Assembly (NCBI GenBank): GCA_051648425.1
Contig: JBOFFD010000430.1
Coordinates: 1-24,737, forward strand
Source of the DNA: Planctomycetia bacterium
GTDB lineage: Bacteria > Planctomycetota > Planctomycetia > Kolteriales > Kolteriaceae
Length of the DNA: 24,737 nt
Direction: 5' to 3'
Made by a program: the position numbers and the translations under genes. Numbering within the stretch: position 1 is the first letter of the stretch; each line of letters begins with the position of its first letter. The notes under the pieces are model-generated. The model ran no database searches. It was not told the DNA's origin and saw nothing but the letters and a program-made list of their open reading frames with translations. Positions 23,012-24,737 of this stretch are shown one piece after another.

Positions 23012-23869
23012 TTAAACCTCCAGCCGCAGCTTGCGGAACGGCTTACGTTTGTACGCCTTGAACTTGATGAAGTGGGTTTCGCCGTCGGGCAGCTTGTCGC
23101 CGTCCTTCATGTTGACCGGCTCGGTGACCGCTTGGCCGTCCTTGTCTTTGATCGGCTCCAGCGTATTGCCGGACTTCTTGTACAGTCCTTGGTCGAGGAT
23201 CTCTTTGAACCATTTGTTTTCGTTGTGGTGGATCTCGTAGCGGACGCGGTGGTAGCGCAGCTCGCCCTCCTTCACGAGCCGCGCCGTCGGGCATTTCATC
23301 TTCCAGCAGCCCGGTTCCTCGCCGTAGAACTGATCGTCGTTGACGGCGTCTTTGTACTCCAATTGCAGCTTCACGGTGAAGTTCGGCTCGTTCCGCTCGA
23401 TGACTAAGACGGGCCGCGAGTCGTCGATCTCGGCGGGCGCGCCGAACGGCTGGCCGGCGCCGTTGAGAACCGGGCCACCCGGCGAGCCGTCCTCGTTCAC
23501 TTCGCGGTCGAACGCGCGGGTGAATTCCGCGCAGCCGTGTTCGACGTCGGGCGTGCGGTCCTCCGGGTTTTCTTCTTCCTTCTCTTCGTCGACTTTACTG
23601 TCGAAAAGGCACGTCACCAGCCAGGAGGTTTCGCTGCCGTCGACGCGCTTCCATTTGCGGGAATTGCAGCGGGCGCCGAGGTCGATCTTGCCGTGGAAAG
23701 AGTAGGGCGAGCCGATTGACGGGAGTTGACCGAAGAGCGCGAGTCCCAGGCTGAGTGGTTCTTCCGTGCGGAGCGCGTGTTCGACGATGTAGGTGAGGGT
23801 GTACTTTCGCTCGCGCTTGAGACCCTCTTCGGCCTCCTGGTCGTAAAGTCTTACCGTCGCCTTCGCCAT
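23012..23869 (-). CDS. Putative distal tail / hub protein following the tape measure
   Basis: Directly downstream of the tape measure. PVLNGAGQPF...IDDSRPVLVIERNE...VNDDQFYG...ILDQG...IKDKDGQAVTEPV motifs resemble a conserved planctomycete prophage protein. Confidence 0.7.
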   Translation of the reverse strand: MAKATVRLYDQEAEEGLKRERKYTLTYIVEHALRTEEPLSLGLALFGQLPSIGSPYSFHGKIDLGARCNSRKWKRVDGSETSWLVTCLFDSKVDEEKEEENPEDRTPDVEHGCAEFTRAFDREVNEDGSPGGPVLNGAGQPFGAPAEIDDSRPVLVIERNEPNFTVKLQLEYKDAVNDDQFYGEEPGCWKMKCPTARLVKEGELRYHRVRYEIHHNENKWFKEILDQGLYKKSGNTLEPIKDKDGQAVTEPVNMKDGDKLPDGETHFIKFKAYKRKPFRKLRLEV

Positions 23870-23937
23870 GTTCGACCGCCCTCCCCGCTGGTTGTCGCAG
23901 CGAGCGAACGGCGGCCGGACTTATTTTTCAGATCGAC

Positions 23938-24737
23938 TTAGAAGCCGGTCGCTGGTTGCAACGGGACCGTAGAGTCTTTGGCGACCAACTTACCCAAGTG
24001 CGTGTTGGTCTTCTTCTGTTCCTTCAACTGCGCGTCGGCAGTGCGATTGGCGAGGTTGCCCTTCATCGCGGCGGTATACGCCTCCACGCTGCCGCGTTCG
24101 GCCGCCTTCGTCTCGCCGGCTTCCTTGCCCTTCTTCGTCTCAGCGTCTTTCTGGCTCTCGATCGCCGCGGCGGCGGCCGCAGTACCCTTGATCGAACCGT
24201 CGGCGAGCGTCTTCGCGGCGGCGTCGGCGGCGTCGTTTACCTTCGTCGACCACTCGCCGAGCGAGTCCGACCATTTCTTCGTCGGCTCGGCCGCGTCGAG
24301 GTTCTTCTGCGCGCCGGCGAGAGCGTCGTCGATTCCGGTCCGCAGCGACCGGATGCCTTCCAAGGCCCCCTGCGACACGCTGGGGCCGGCCTGGGCGGCG
24401 GCCTTGTCGATCTCGGCCAGGCCGGTCGAAAGGTCGTCCGCGAACGCCTGGACGGTCCCCGCCCAGCTACTTTCCTTGCCGCCGCCGAGCCAGGTCGGCA
24501 GGCCCGGCATTAGGGCCAGCAGGTTGGCGAGCTGCTGCACGATGAACTGCAGCGCCGATCCGGCGGCGCGCTGGGCCATCGCCCAGGCGGCGGGAACGAA
24601 GTTGAGCGCGTCGAGCCAGCCGCCGGCGGCCTCGACGGCCGCGCCGATGCCGTCGACGACGGCTCTGGCCGCCGACAGCGCGGCGACCTGGGCCGCGTAC
24701 CAGAGCGCGGGGACGAGCTGGATCGCGTCGGCGACCC
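23938..24737 (-). CDS. Tail tape measure protein, C-terminal part (5' end outside the window)
   Basis: The frame stays open to the window edge (VADAIQLVPALWYAAQVAALS...). Ala-rich amphipathic helices and a typical ending AAERGSVEAYTA...QLKEQKKTNTHLGKL. Confidence 0.8.
   Translation of the reverse strand, partial: VADAIQLVPALWYAAQVAALSAARAVVDGIGAAVEAAGGWLDALNFVPAAWAMAQRAAGSALQFIVQQLANLLALMPGLPTWLGGGKESSWAGTVQAFADDLSTGLAEIDKAAAQAGPSVSQGALEGIRSLRTGIDDALAGAQKNLDAAEPTKKWSDSLGEWSTKVNDAADAAAKTLADGSIKGTAAAAAAIESQKDAETKKGKEAGETKAAERGSVEAYTAAMKGNLANRTADAQLKEQKKTNTHLGKLVAKDSTVPLQPATGF

Larger units (their letters stand above)
4115..24737. mobile_element. Temperate prophage arm integrated at the tRNA-Ser 3' end, continuing beyond the window
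   Basis: Integrase ends 59 bp after the tRNA and points at it. It is followed by Xis-like, ParB-like, HTH switch, recombination-type and tail/tape measure genes. The second att copy was not seen in the window. Confidence 0.9.

Overview
High-GC window, most likely from a planctomycete (inferred from a TIGR03067-like domain and planctomycete-type phage tail proteins). Bases 1-4114 are host chromosome: a partial MJ1255/VC2487-like glycosyltransferase, DUF3592-like and DUF2784-like membrane proteins, a Tat-type exported protein, an ArsR regulator and tRNA-Ser(GCT). From the tRNA 3' end to the window end is one arm of a temperate prophage. It contains (i) a leftward block with tyrosine integrase, AlpA/Xis-like gene, a 71-aa J-domain protein, a tRNA-like element and a long ParB-family protein; (ii) an antisense GYF-domain membrane moron; (iii) a three-HTH switch region with palindromic and direct-repeat operators; (iv) a rightward early operon ending in a putative single-strand annealing protein; (v) a roughly 5 kb accessory island with an unrecognised coupled two-gene membrane + cytoplasmic module and two toxin-first RelE-superfamily/HTH toxin-antitoxin pairs; and (vi) the distal end of the tail operon (tape measure C-terminus and Cys-rich tail-tip genes) on the minus strand. 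The best candidate for an undescribed system is the gene pair at 15831-17383. All family assignments are from motif recognition by eye; no searches were run.
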